From: Candidatus Latescibacterota bacterium
GTDB lineage: Bacteria > Latescibacterota > UBA2968 > UBA8231
Assembly: GCA_965242865.1 (NCBI GenBank)
Contig: CBDETK010000013.1
Location: forward strand, 1,184,001 to 1,248,000
Direction of reading: 5' to 3'
Length of the DNA: 64,000 bases
The notes beneath the pieces were generated by a model, which was not told the DNA's origin, did no database searches, and worked only from the letters and a program-made list of their open reading frames with translations. The position numbers were made by a program, and so were the translations under genes. Shown in pieces: positions 9,928-19,851 of this stretch. Each line of letters opens with the position of its first letter. Within the stretch, counting starts at the first letter, position 1.

Positions 9928-10815
9928 TCACAAAAAGCGCGTAATGCCAAAGCCCATGCGCCAGTTGTCCGGGGCCGCGTCGTCGGGTGCCCCGACCAAA
10001 TACTGGGCCGGGCTAAGGCGCGTATTGTTGGTCGCGAAAACGTAGAAGGTGTGCCCCCCCGTATCTATGGACAGGCCCCAAGCGAGTGAATTGTGGGATC
10101 GGCCCGCGTCGCCCGGCAACAAAATGCCCTGATACCCCGCCAAGGTTGGGCTGTACTCCAACCACGCGCCCCACGTCGCGTTAAAGTAGTACTGGACGTA
10201 CGTCCCCAGCGTAAAGGTGTACTGGGTCTCGACGCTGAAAATGGCGCTGTTGTACAAATAGGAGGGCACCAACCCCAAGCCCAACCTCTCGTCTAGCAGC
10301 GCGTTAAAAACCAATTGCCCGTAGTACTGAAAATTGTCAGCCGCCAGTGCATCGCGCTCGACAACCGCTGGCAGGTCCGTATTCCAAGCCACGCCGGCGT
10401 TTAGGGCCAAGACCGCTGGCAAGCGCTCGTGGGGAAATTGCAGCCAATGGTACTGCAGTTGCAGGTCCACATTGTCCAGCACATTGCTCCGCCCCAAGGT
10501 CGCCATCAGCCGGTCGCTGAGGCCGTAGCTGAGCGAGGTGCGGATATTGGCCGGCCCATCAAAACCGAAATTGGCCCGGTAGCCCTCGTCAATGGGCGGG
10601 AAAAAGCGGTGCGAAATTTCGTAGTGGAAATCGCCTTGGGACAGGGTTTCCGCGGTGGGGTAATTGGCCATCTTAATGGCCTTGAACAGCTCCAGCCGCG
10701 TCTCGGTCGGCGCACTCGTCGCCTGCCAAGACGGCTGGGCACCGGCCAAGGCCGGTAACAGCCCCCCCCAGATAACCCCCAACCACCTGACGCGCCTATT
10801 CACATTCACGGCCAT
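9928..10815 (-). CDS. DUF5777-family outer-membrane beta-barrel protein
   Basis: Signal peptide, ISHRF, FGFDG.ANIR, IDTGGH.F..F.TN, terminal GFGITRF. Confidence 0.8.
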   Translation of the reverse strand: MAVNVNRRVRWLGVIWGGLLPALAGAQPSWQATSAPTETRLELFKAIKMANYPTAETLSQGDFHYEISHRFFPPIDEGYRANFGFDGPANIRTSLSYGLSDRLMATLGRSNVLDNVDLQLQYHWLQFPHERLPAVLALNAGVAWNTDLPAVVERDALAADNFQYYGQLVFNALLDERLGLGLVPSYLYNSAIFSVETQYTFTLGTYVQYYFNATWGAWLEYSPTLAGYQGILLPGDAGRSHNSLAWGLSIDTGGHTFYVFATNNTRLSPAQYLVGAPDDAAPDNWRMGFGITRFL

Positions 10816-10824
10816 CCCTCCTGC

Positions 10825-11421
10825 TTATCGAACGTGTTTTAGGTAGAACGAGACTGCGACGGCAACTTCCTCGCTCACCTTGACAAAGGCCGCCAAGGAA
10901 GGGGCCTCGATGTTGTAATCGGCCAGTTTGAGGGTAAAAGCCGCCTCGACCTTGGAACGCCCCTCTTCCACCACTACGGTCCCGGGCACCTCTATGGCGC
11001 GGTCCACCCCGTGCAGCGACAGAATCCCCTCGGTCTTGACGCGGTAGGCGACCCCGGTGGAATCAATGGCGGTGTGTTCGGCGATCGCCCCTTGGTACAC
11101 GGCCTTGGGCCACTGGTCTGTGCCCAGCACTTGGCGCATGTCGCGGTCCCGCTTGCCAATGCCCGTATCAAAGCTGGCCAGTTCCACTTCAAAATGCAGT
11201 TGGTCCTTGGCCGCAAAAAGCGAATCGCCTTCCCAATAGATAAAGCCGTCGATTTTATCGGTCGTGCCGGTAAACGTGAGGGCCACCACTTTGGAAGTGA
11301 ACGCGACTTGGTTGCCCTCGGCCTTTGTATCGACTTGCCACTCGCCGCCTTGAACGGCCAACGGCGCGCCGAGCAGGAACGCGAGGAGCCAGCGCACAAA
11401 CTTTAGCGGTGAATTAGTCAT
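10825..11421 (-). CDS. YceI-family protein
   Basis: Signal peptide; SFDTGIGKRDRDM, G.LSLHGV, LADYNI. Confidence 0.9.
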   Translation of the reverse strand: MTNSPLKFVRWLLAFLLGAPLAVQGGEWQVDTKAEGNQVAFTSKVVALTFTGTTDKIDGFIYWEGDSLFAAKDQLHFEVELASFDTGIGKRDRDMRQVLGTDQWPKAVYQGAIAEHTAIDSTGVAYRVKTEGILSLHGVDRAIEVPGTVVVEEGRSKVEAAFTLKLADYNIEAPSLAAFVKVSEEVAVAVSFYLKHVR

Positions 11422-11824
11422 TGGGCGCCCCCTTTTCTATCCAAGCGCGCACCGTTGCGAGCTCAACCGGGGTCAGGTACGGTCCGCCGGGGGGCATGCG
11501 GGCGCCGTCAATATCGGCATCGGCCAGCAGTTTGCGATACAGGTAGCTGTCGTCGGGATCGCCCGGCTCAACCAGCGCTATGCCGCGGCTGCTCTCCACC
11601 TCAACGATGTTGTCGTAGGCTTGCCCGGCCGATAGGTTGGGCCAAGCACTGCCGGCGTGGCAGCCGCTGATAGCGCAGGAACCATTGAATATCGTGGTTT
11701 GCACCTGCACAAAGGTCGCCGGCCCTTCGCCGGCCGCGTCGAATACCATCTCCGTGCTCGTGGTCGGACCGGAACAAGCGGCCCCCAAACATGCCAACGC
11801 GACGAGCACCGTGAGCGCTTTCAT
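11414..11824 (-). CDS. Cytochrome c-like lipoprotein with Cx4CH motif
   Basis: Lipobox-like GAAC; CAISGCH; VEPGDPDDSYL..K...RMP...WI..GA. Confidence 0.75.
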   Translation of the reverse strand: MKALTVLVALACLGAACSGPTTSTEMVFDAAGEGPATFVQVQTTIFNGSCAISGCHAGSAWPNLSAGQAYDNIVEVESSRGIALVEPGDPDDSYLYRKLLADADIDGARMPPGGPYLTPVELATVRAWIEKGAPND

Positions 11825-11949
11825 GGCTTTTGCTCCTTGGAATGAACTGCGTTTGCAACTTAACCACGCCGGTTGGGTGCTGCAACGCGCTGGAGAACGA
11901 GGAGGCCCTGTAAGGGGCCATTGGCGCAAGGGACGCTGCCACGCCGTTT

Positions 11950-13998
11950 TCACAAGCTCTTCTCGATCGTCGCTACAATCGCGTCTGTATCCCTTACGCC
12001 GGAAAGACGCTTTACAATCAGCCCTTGTGAGTCCACCAAGTAATACGATGGCAGGGCGTTCACTTGGTAGGACGTAGCCAGGTCCGAGCCAAAGCCAGCC
12101 GCACGCACGTGGACGCCTTGGATCGCGTGTTTGTCAATCGCCGCTCGCCAAGCCCCCTCATCCGCGTCCAGCGATAGGTTGAGGAAAACAACCGGCTGGC
12201 CCGCCATCCTGTTCTTGATCGCACGGAGATCGGGCAGGTTGCTGATACACGGGCCGCACCAACTCGCCCAGAAATCGAACAGAACCACTTGGCCTTTGAA
12301 CTGACTCAGCGATACGGGCTGACCATTGAGATCGTGGAGGGTAAAGTCCGGGGCGGGTTGTCCGGGTTGTAGCTTTAGGGCCTTATGTAGAACGGCTTGG
12401 ACTGCCGCGTTGTATTCCGGGTACGGGTTGATCTGCTGGAAATTTTCCCACTTGCGCTGGACCAACGCAAAGGCGTCGATTCCGCTTTTGAAGCTATCGC
12501 TCAGTTCCTCGGCCAGAAACCAGTAGAGCACTCTCCCTTCCAGTATCTCCTGGGCCAAATCATATCGCGGCGAAAAATTACTCCGCCTCCAAGTACGGCC
12601 CTCCGTAGTTATCGAATCGAGCTGGGCCTGCACCGCCGCCGACAGACCAAGGCTCGATACATCGATCCGCTCGGAGAGCTTGAGCGGCTGGCGATGTTCA
12701 TGCACTGAATCGAGCTGGGCACGGGTGACTTCCGGCAGCTCCGATAGACCGAGTTGCTCGGAGAGCTTGGGCGGCTCTTTTGCCAGAGAATCCTGCTTTA
12801 TTGCGAGTGGCAAGTAGAACACCACAGAACCACCCGTCGTATCCACCCTAGCCGCTTCTACCTTATCTGAAGTGGAGAAGCTATAGGATTTGGATTTTTT
12901 ATATAAGGAGTCGAGGCGGGCTTGGTCGGCCTCCGACAGGCCAAATACCGATAGATCGAGGCACTGGGAGAGCCTAAGAACGCTTCTCTTTTCGTACATC
13001 GAGTCGAGGCGGGCTTGGGACGCTGGCGACAAACCCAAGGCTGACAAATCAACCATCTGCGACAGGCTGGGGCGTTTGCTCGCTTCGTACATCGAGTCGA
13101 GGCGGGCCAAAGTCTGATCCGACAGCCCCAAACTCGACAGATCAAAGACTTCGGAGAACGTGGGCTGCCAAAGTCGGTCGGACTTTTCTCTCGACTTGTC
13201 CAACTCCCAGTCCAAGGTGTGCCTCAGAAAGGTGCGATAATATCCCACGCCTATGGCCCTTTCTTCGACTAAGGGAATTTTCTCAAAAAAGCTGTAATAC
13301 TCCGCAGCGATCGCTGGGTTGTCGTGGCCATTGGCACGGCGGTACTCCGTTGGATAGGCAATCATGAGTGTGGCCCACTTGTAGTTGAATAAGGCCGTCG
13401 CATAGTCGATGAATCCCGGCGAGCATGCGTATTCTTCGCGCTCTTCAGCTAGGAAATCCAACTGATCTTGTAGCCACTGGTCTGCTTGGCGCGAGAAGTC
13501 CTCTACCGACAGCCCCTCGTAGTCTAAGCGAGGGCTCCAAAAGCGGGGAAACAACTCGGCAAGGAAGCGGTTGTTGTCCGCGTTGGGACCGCTGAACGAG
13601 TAGGAGGGGCCGAAAAAACCCTCCTGCACGGTCACGTACAGACTGTCGCCGGGTTCAACGAAAAAGACCAAAGGGAAAGGATTGTACCCGAAGAGGAGAG
13701 CTCCTAGCCAGTGCGTCCACTTCCACTGCTCTTTCGCAAAATTCCCCCGGACGAGGGTCCCTCGGACGACCGGCATTTCAACGGCGAAGCGGCCTAGGCT
13801 GTCGAGAACGACGCGCCTCGGGGCTCTTGCTAGCACCGACGGCAATTCGTAGTCAAACGCGATTTCCCGCGAGGTTGACGCCCGGATTTCGCCGGTAATG
13901 GTCGCAACCGAGGGCTGGCTCTGGGGGCTTTCTGCGGCCAGACAAGCACTCGACGCCATGAGTATGGCCATTAGGAAACTACCGCATCGGTCCGTCAT
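11950..13998 (-). CDS. TlpA/ResA-type thiol-disulfide oxidoreductase with long N-terminal region containing ~31-aa repeats
   Basis: C-terminal APDFTL...DFWASWCGPC...LPSYYLVD; N-terminal signal-like segment. Confidence 0.85.
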   Translation of the reverse strand: MTDRCGSFLMAILMASSACLAAESPQSQPSVATITGEIRASTSREIAFDYELPSVLARAPRRVVLDSLGRFAVEMPVVRGTLVRGNFAKEQWKWTHWLGALLFGYNPFPLVFFVEPGDSLYVTVQEGFFGPSYSFSGPNADNNRFLAELFPRFWSPRLDYEGLSVEDFSRQADQWLQDQLDFLAEEREEYACSPGFIDYATALFNYKWATLMIAYPTEYRRANGHDNPAIAAEYYSFFEKIPLVEERAIGVGYYRTFLRHTLDWELDKSREKSDRLWQPTFSEVFDLSSLGLSDQTLARLDSMYEASKRPSLSQMVDLSALGLSPASQARLDSMYEKRSVLRLSQCLDLSVFGLSEADQARLDSLYKKSKSYSFSTSDKVEAARVDTTGGSVVFYLPLAIKQDSLAKEPPKLSEQLGLSELPEVTRAQLDSVHEHRQPLKLSERIDVSSLGLSAAVQAQLDSITTEGRTWRRSNFSPRYDLAQEILEGRVLYWFLAEELSDSFKSGIDAFALVQRKWENFQQINPYPEYNAAVQAVLHKALKLQPGQPAPDFTLHDLNGQPVSLSQFKGQVVLFDFWASWCGPCISNLPDLRAIKNRMAGQPVVFLNLSLDADEGAWRAAIDKHAIQGVHVRAAGFGSDLATSYQVNALPSYYLVDSQGLIVKRLSGVRDTDAIVATIEKSL

Positions 13999-14104
13999 GA
14001 TCCTTACTCCAATCGGCTAGCCGTACGCGCCGTGCTCAAAAGCCGGGGGTTCGCATTTTCGTCCCCATGCAGCGGCAGGACATTTTCAACGCTCACCTTG
14101 TGCC

Positions 14105-14247
14105 TTTTGTGCCTTTTGTGGCTAACTACTCAACGGCTTGTTGGCCCCGGCGCGGCATTCGTAGTAATCCCCTATTTGTGCCTTTTGTGGCTAACTACTC
14201 AACGGCTTGTTGGCCCCCGGCGCGGCATTCGTAGTAATCCTCTATTT
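14105..14247. repeat. Two tandem copies of a ~70-bp intergenic unit
   Basis: TTTGTGCCTTTTGTGGCTAACTACTCAACGGCTTGTTGGCCCCGGCGCGGCATTCGTAGTAATCC occurs twice with very few differences. Confidence 0.9.
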
Positions 14248-14325
14248 GGGCAAAATTGGCGCACCGCCCAGCCACTGCCTTTCTTTCTCTACGTATTGGT
14301 AGCCCACCCAACCAAAGGAGACGCC

Positions 14326-15273
14326 ATGTACATCCAAGACCAGCTCCCCCACGACCGCATTACCGACGACAACCTGAGCTACTACAAAGCCATTGGCGTC
14401 GATTACCTGACCGTCAATTCCCTCCCGCTCGACCTGCACACGTACCCCGAGATGGTCGAGTTCCTGAGCGCAGTGCGCGACCGCGCCGCAAAAAACGGCC
14501 TCCGCTTTTACAACGCCGCCCTGACCGGCCCGGACGAAATCACCCTCGCCCAGCCAGACCGCGACGCCAAAATCGAGGAGTGGTGCAACTGGCTCCGGGC
14601 TATGGGCACGGTCGGCGTCCCGACCCTCGGCTACAATTTCAAACCCGTGGGCAATTTCCGCACGCCCTCAGCCACCGGCCGTGGCGGTGCCCACTATAGC
14701 ACCTTCACCTACGCAGAATACGAAAAAGAAAACCACGACTATCCGGCCAAGCACATTGACGAGGCCGGCATGTGGGCCAATATAGCTTACTTGCACCAGC
14801 GCATCGTCCCGGTCGCCGAGGAAGCGGGCGTCACCTTGGCCCTGCACCCGGACGATCCCCCGCTGCCCGAGCCGATGGGCGGCGCAGCGCGAATCGTCTC
14901 CACCCTCGACCAATACGAGCGCATCTTCGCCCTCAACCCCAGTCCCCAAAACGCCATGCTGTTCTGTCAGGGCTGCGTCACCGAAATGGGCATTGATGTG
15001 TACGAGGGCATCCGCCGCATGGGCCGCCAAGGCAAAATCGCTTACGTCCACTTCCGCAACGTGCGCGGCACGCCCAAGGATTTCCGGGAGGTTTTCATCG
15101 ACGAGGGCGACGTCGATATGTACCGGGCGATGCAGACCTACAAGGAGGTGGGCTTTAACGGGCCGTTTATGATGGATCACACTCCGTCCATTCCCGGCGA
15201 CCAAGGCGGGCGTCAGGGCCATGCCTACGCCACCGGCTTCATCCGCGCCATGATCCAAGCCATCTATCGCTGA
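14326..15273 (+). CDS. uxuA: Mannonate dehydratase (UxuA) family protein
   Basis: VAEEAGV.LALHPDDPP, FCQG, VHFRNVRG, FIDEGDVDM, DHTP; AAGGAG RBS. Confidence 0.8.
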   Translation: MYIQDQLPHDRITDDNLSYYKAIGVDYLTVNSLPLDLHTYPEMVEFLSAVRDRAAKNGLRFYNAALTGPDEITLAQPDRDAKIEEWCNWLRAMGTVGVPTLGYNFKPVGNFRTPSATGRGGAHYSTFTYAEYEKENHDYPAKHIDEAGMWANIAYLHQRIVPVAEEAGVTLALHPDDPPLPEPMGGAARIVSTLDQYERIFALNPSPQNAMLFCQGCVTEMGIDVYEGIRRMGRQGKIAYVHFRNVRGTPKDFREVFIDEGDVDMYRAMQTYKEVGFNGPFMMDHTPSIPGDQGGRQGHAYATGFIRAMIQAIYR

Positions 15274-15280
15274 TCCAACC

Positions 15281-15682
15281 CTACCGGGCCATTCTCGCTC
15301 CGGCGCGGTCGGAATCGTCGTGGAGGGCCAGCATCCGAGCGACAAAGCGATGGACGACCGGGCGTTCCTGTTCAATCTCGTATTCTTCCATATCGTTGTG
15401 GAAGAAATTTTTGTGGAAGTCTTCCGCTGCTAAGAACCCGGCGAGAATGAGCGGGTCGTTATACTCCTGTTCCAGCCGAAAAATGGCGTTTTTCATGGCG
15501 CGGTGGCTGCGGTACTGCCAATCCCGCTGTTGGGCAATGGCGGTTACGATGTGGGTGGCAGCACCATAGAGCTTTTCCGAAGCCTGTAAACGCTCGCCGG
15601 CAGCAAATTCCCGATCAGAGGCCTCCAGAAATTCCAAGGCCGTCTGAGAGTGCTCTTGGGGTGTCATTTCTCTGGCGTTCAC
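15281..15682 (-). CDS. PaREP1-like (HEPN-related) protein
   Basis: GE.LQASEKLYGAA...SH...AE.FHKNFF pattern. Confidence 0.7.
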   Translation of the reverse strand: MNAREMTPQEHSQTALEFLEASDREFAAGERLQASEKLYGAATHIVTAIAQQRDWQYRSHRAMKNAIFRLEQEYNDPLILAGFLAAEDFHKNFFHNDMEEYEIEQERPVVHRFVARMLALHDDSDRAGARMAR

Positions 15683-15723
15683 GTTTTCCTTCGGCTTTCG
15701 AGTGTGCGGCGCGTCATTCCTCT

Positions 15724-16890
15724 TCAGCCCGCGGCCGCGCGCAACGCCTCGGCCATCTTCCGCACCTTGGCCTTAGTGTTGTTCGGGTGCATGGGCACCA
15801 AGACGGCGCGGGCCAAAACGGCCAGCGAGGCCGCGCACGTATCGAGCTTGTATTTGACCCGCGCCTTGCGGTTGGCCGGCAGCTTAAAGGGGTTGAGCGC
15901 CGGATGGTGCGCACCTTGGTAGCGCAAAATAGGCTCCCAGCGCGTATAGACGTGGCGGCCGGTATCCATGGGCAAAAAGGAGCGCACGTCTTTTGCGGCC
16001 AATCGGTTGCAAAAGGAGCGCGCCTCGTCCTCGCCGGCAAACAAAAAGCCCAAGTGCGTGCCGCACTCGTGGGCCAAGCTGTTGTTTTTTATGGACTCCA
16101 ACCCCGCCGCTAGCCCGACCTGCAGCAACTCCTGCTTGTGGGAGCGCATCGTCTTGAGCATCCCTCGGATCCGCCGCAACTGCACGTTGAGGATGGCCCC
16201 CTCGACTTCAGAAGCCCTGAAGTTGGGGCCGGCAAATTGCAACTCTTCGCGCTCTTCGTCCGGATTCCAGTAAAAGGAGCAGCAATCCACCGCCACTGAG
16301 CCGCGCTGATGCACTGCCTCGGCATTGGTCACAAAAGCCCCGCCCTCGCCGCAGGTCATGTTCTTAAAAAAGTTGAAACTAAACGCGCCGGCGTGGCCCC
16401 AACTGCCCAACATCCGGCCCTCGTACCCCCCGCCCACGGCCTGACAGGCGTCTTCGAGAACGAGCAAGTCGCGCTTGCGGGCGATCTTGGCAATTTTCTT
16501 CATGTCGCAAGGCAAGCCGACCATGTGGACCGGAATAATGGCCTTGGTGTGCTTTGTAATGCGCCGCTTTAACTCCTTGGGACACAAGGTTAAGGACGTA
16601 TCCACATCGGCGATTACCGGAATGGCCCCGGCCCCCAACACCGCCAAGGCGGTCGCCATGTACGTATAGGCCGGCACAATCACCTGATCCCCCGGCCCCA
16701 CGCCCAATCCCACTAAGGCGGCGTACAGGGCCGAGGTGCCCGAGCGGGTCATCCGACAGTGCTCCACGCCCACGTACCGCGCCCAGTTCCTTTCAAAGCG
16801 GTCGCACTCCCCCCCTCCATAGCGGAAGATCGCGCCGCCATCGAATAGCCGCTGTAGTCGCTTGATTTCTGCTTGGCCAATGCGGTACAT
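15724..16890 (-). CDS. DegT/DnrJ/EryC1/StrS aminotransferase
   Basis: SGTSAL, VGPGDQVI, EDACQA, SFNFFKNMTCGEGG. Confidence 0.92.
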   Translation of the reverse strand: MYRIGQAEIKRLQRLFDGGAIFRYGGGECDRFERNWARYVGVEHCRMTRSGTSALYAALVGLGVGPGDQVIVPAYTYMATALAVLGAGAIPVIADVDTSLTLCPKELKRRITKHTKAIIPVHMVGLPCDMKKIAKIARKRDLLVLEDACQAVGGGYEGRMLGSWGHAGAFSFNFFKNMTCGEGGAFVTNAEAVHQRGSVAVDCCSFYWNPDEEREELQFAGPNFRASEVEGAILNVQLRRIRGMLKTMRSHKQELLQVGLAAGLESIKNNSLAHECGTHLGFLFAGEDEARSFCNRLAAKDVRSFLPMDTGRHVYTRWEPILRYQGAHHPALNPFKLPANRKARVKYKLDTCAASLAVLARAVLVPMHPNNTKAKVRKMAEALRAAAG

Positions 16891-16901
16891 CACGCGCTCC
16901 T

Positions 16902-18641
16902 TTAGACGAGTTCCAGCTCGACCCAGCGTCGAACCGAGTTAATAATATAGACGGCGTCGGCCCGCGCCAGTTCGCCGATGGGCAACGGGCGTTCGCAGAG
17001 CTGGCCCTGCGCCAAGAGCTCGGCGCGGAACGTGCCAGCCAACAGCCCGGCTTCAACCGGGGGCGTGGAGCGGACGCCCCCGCGCTCCAGCACCAAGTTG
17101 CCGATGCAGCACTCGGTCAGCTCGCCGCGCTCGTTGTACAGCACCACATCGTCGCAATCCGGGCGGGCCGCCAACTGCCGGTCGTACGCGGCCCGGTGGG
17201 TCGTCTTGTGGTACAGCAAGGGATCGGCACTATCTACGGCCGCGCGAGCTAGGCCCACCCGCAGCGGTCGCCCCGGCGCGAGCGGACCGTGCTGCAAGCG
17301 CACCGCGCCGCTGCGAGCAAGCAACAAGCGCACCTTACACCGGCCCTCCATAGCGTGAGTCGCGGTGTGTAGCCGCGCTCGGACGCGGTCGTCCGCATAG
17401 CGAAATCCCCAGTACGCCGCCGACTGAGACAATCGCTCTAAATGCTTCTCCAACAAAAAGTAAGACCCCTCTTCGTACAGCAACGTCTCCAGCAGTTCAA
17501 AAGACGGGTGCGGCCGGGCGCGCAAGACCTCGGCCTTGACGAGGCATTCGGCGTATTCTTCGGCCGCGGACGAGGCCCAGACGATCCCGCCGCCCACGCC
17601 AAATTCGAGCTGGCCCTTTTCGCGGTCGAGATGCGCCGTGCGAATCGCCACGTTGAAGCACGCCTCCGGCCCGGGCGACACATAGCCCATGCAGCCGGTG
17701 TAAATGCCGCGCGGGGCGCGCTCCAGCTCGGCGATGATTTCCATGGTCCGCACCTTGGGCGCGCCGGTCACCGAGCCGCAGGGGAAAAGCGCGGCCAAAA
17801 GGTCGGGCAAGCACACGCCGGCTTTGAGTTGGCTCGTCACGGTGGAAGTTAGCTGCCAAACCGTGGGATAGCGCTCGACCGACCACAGGGCCGGCACCGC
17901 CACGCTGCCGACTTGCGAGACCCGCCCCAAGTCGTTGCGCAACATGTCTGCGACCATCAGGTTTTCGGCGCGGTCCTTGGCGGAATTTTGCAGGGCGTCG
18001 GCCCGCTGCTGATCCTCGGCCGCAAAGCGCCCCCGCGGCCGGGTGCCCTTCATGGGCCGCACTGTGCAACGCCCGTTGTGCAGGCGGAAGAACAGCTCGG
18101 GCGACGCCGAGATCAGCACGTGCCGCCCCAAGTCGAAATACGCGCACAACGCGGATTCCTGTACTTGTCCCAGGTCGCGGTACAGCGCCCGCGGATCGCC
18201 GCGGAAGCGGCTGTGCAAGCGCAAGGTGTAGTTGACTTGGTACGTGTCGCCGGCCGCAATATAGGCGCGGATGCGCGCAATGGCGGCCTCGTATTCCGCC
18301 CGCGACACCGACGGCCGCCACTCGCCCAGCTCGTAGGAGCCCAAGCCATCGCGTGGCGCGGCCACCGGCTGCCGCTCCGCAAACAGACCAAAGTACACTA
18401 GGGGAAGCGCGTCAGCGGGGTGGGTGGTGAAGGCCGAGTCCAGACCGGCCGCGGCCTCGTAGCAGACAAAGCCCACCGCGTGTAGCCCTTGGGCTACCGC
18501 CCGGTCCACCGCGCTGAGGGCCGGGCGCACCTCGTCTGCCGCTACGGCCGCGATTTCACCCGCCGGCTGGACAAACGCAAAGGAGCGCTCCGGCCCGCAG
18601 CGGGCATAGGACGACAACAGCACTGGACTTTCTATGGCCAT
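16902..18641 (-). CDS. pabB: Aminodeoxychorismate synthase component I fused to a class IV aminotransferase/ADC lyase domain
   Basis: GDTYQVN, SPELF, PMKGT, KDRAENLM, FPCGSVTGAPK; C-terminal HKTT, GLLAGTFR. Confidence 0.9.
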   Translation of the reverse strand: MAIESPVLLSSYARCGPERSFAFVQPAGEIAAVAADEVRPALSAVDRAVAQGLHAVGFVCYEAAAGLDSAFTTHPADALPLVYFGLFAERQPVAAPRDGLGSYELGEWRPSVSRAEYEAAIARIRAYIAAGDTYQVNYTLRLHSRFRGDPRALYRDLGQVQESALCAYFDLGRHVLISASPELFFRLHNGRCTVRPMKGTRPRGRFAAEDQQRADALQNSAKDRAENLMVADMLRNDLGRVSQVGSVAVPALWSVERYPTVWQLTSTVTSQLKAGVCLPDLLAALFPCGSVTGAPKVRTMEIIAELERAPRGIYTGCMGYVSPGPEACFNVAIRTAHLDREKGQLEFGVGGGIVWASSAAEEYAECLVKAEVLRARPHPSFELLETLLYEEGSYFLLEKHLERLSQSAAYWGFRYADDRVRARLHTATHAMEGRCKVRLLLARSGAVRLQHGPLAPGRPLRVGLARAAVDSADPLLYHKTTHRAAYDRQLAARPDCDDVVLYNERGELTECCIGNLVLERGGVRSTPPVEAGLLAGTFRAELLAQGQLCERPLPIGELARADAVYIINSVRRWVELELV

Positions 18642-18657
18642 GCCCTGGGGGTGCTGT

Positions 18658-19467
18658 CTAGCCGGCCGCCTCGCCGGGCTGGTACTCAATGCGCCGCATG
18701 AAGCGCTCGCCCACATCGTAGTTTGGCTGGTCGGAGACAAAGCGCCACAAGCGCACGCGCTGCATCAGTTCGTAGCGGTGCTCGTTGCCCTCCCAGCCGT
18801 GGTTGATCGACAGGATGCGGCCGATTTCAGGATCGGCCAGATCCGCGGTGTCAAAGGTGCAGACCTGCGGCCGCGTCGGGTTGAGCCGCAACTTGTACAT
18901 GAAGCGATCCCGGTCCGTGTAGTTGCTGCGCGCCCCGTGCCAGACGCGGGTGTTCCACACGTACATGGTCCCGGCCGGGCAGGTCGCCCAGACCTTGCCC
19001 CGCATGTGGTGGTAAATGGCGATCTCCCCGGTGCGCACATTGCGGAATTGCGTTCCCGGCACCAAGAAAGTCCCGCCCATCTCGTCGGTTGTATCCGCGG
19101 GGAACAGCGATAGCTGGATATCGAAGTAATGGTCGCGGAAGTCGATGACCGAGTCTTGGTGCATATTGGGGCCTTTGGTTTGCTCGGCCTTGGTCAAGTG
19201 GGCGGCGTGGTGGTCGTACAGGGGATCGGGGCCGACCAAGGAGTGGATGAGTCCCTGCACCTGCGGCAGGCGGAACGCATCGCCCAAAGCCGTGCCTTTC
19301 GGCCACGTCTCCTCAAAGGGGGTCCCCACGGCGAGATAGCCCTTATTGTGGCGCATTTCCTCGAGGCAGGCTCGGCACAGCTCTTTGGGCACCATTTCCT
19401 CAAACCTCAAATACCCCGAGGCGACAAATTGCGCCATCTGCTTTGAGTTCAAAAGATGCTCTTTCAC
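18658..19467 (-). CDS. Phytanoyl-CoA dioxygenase (PhyH) family protein
   Basis: MHQD, GGT.LVPGT, WHGARSN. Confidence 0.8.
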   Translation of the reverse strand: MKEHLLNSKQMAQFVASGYLRFEEMVPKELCRACLEEMRHNKGYLAVGTPFEETWPKGTALGDAFRLPQVQGLIHSLVGPDPLYDHHAAHLTKAEQTKGPNMHQDSVIDFRDHYFDIQLSLFPADTTDEMGGTFLVPGTQFRNVRTGEIAIYHHMRGKVWATCPAGTMYVWNTRVWHGARSNYTDRDRFMYKLRLNPTRPQVCTFDTADLADPEIGRILSINHGWEGNEHRYELMQRVRLWRFVSDQPNYDVGERFMRRIEYQPGEAAG

Positions 19468-19763
19468 GATGGGGCTCCTTTCTCTTGTTGCAGCTCGTTG
19501 AATTTCGACAACACGATCTGGTAGGGCAGCGGCCCCAGTTCATAGCCCTCTTGGGGCGAGCGATGTTTGAGTTCCGACATCTGGATGACTTGCCAGCCAT
19601 CGCGCATGGCCGCCATGGCGTTGTGGTAGGGAGGATCGCTCTCCTCGACCAAGTCGCCTAGGCCCGTGCCCTTGGAGGCTTCGTAGCGCGCCCAAGCGAC
19701 GACTTGGGCGTCGAGCGCGGGCGTGGTCTGAAAAAATACTAGAATGTCTTGCACTGCGGCCAT
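19464..19763 (-). CDS. Hypothetical protein
   Basis: 99-aa ORF with GTGA overlap onto the PhyH gene. Confidence 0.7.
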   Translation of the reverse strand: MAAVQDILVFFQTTPALDAQVVAWARYEASKGTGLGDLVEESDPPYHNAMAAMRDGWQVIQMSELKHRSPQEGYELGPLPYQIVLSKFNELQQEKGAPS

Positions 19764-19851
19764 GAAAAAGCCTTTCGGTGTATGGGGTTGAAATTGCCGA
19801 CAAAAAGCACCTCTGACCTGTAGGAGCCGACGGAAGCAGAGCCAGTCGCCG

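Noticed and set aside
14098-14247. CRISPR array (also considered for 4682-4744 and 21340-21546)
   Set aside because: Units are directly tandem without unique spacers, and there are no cas genes.
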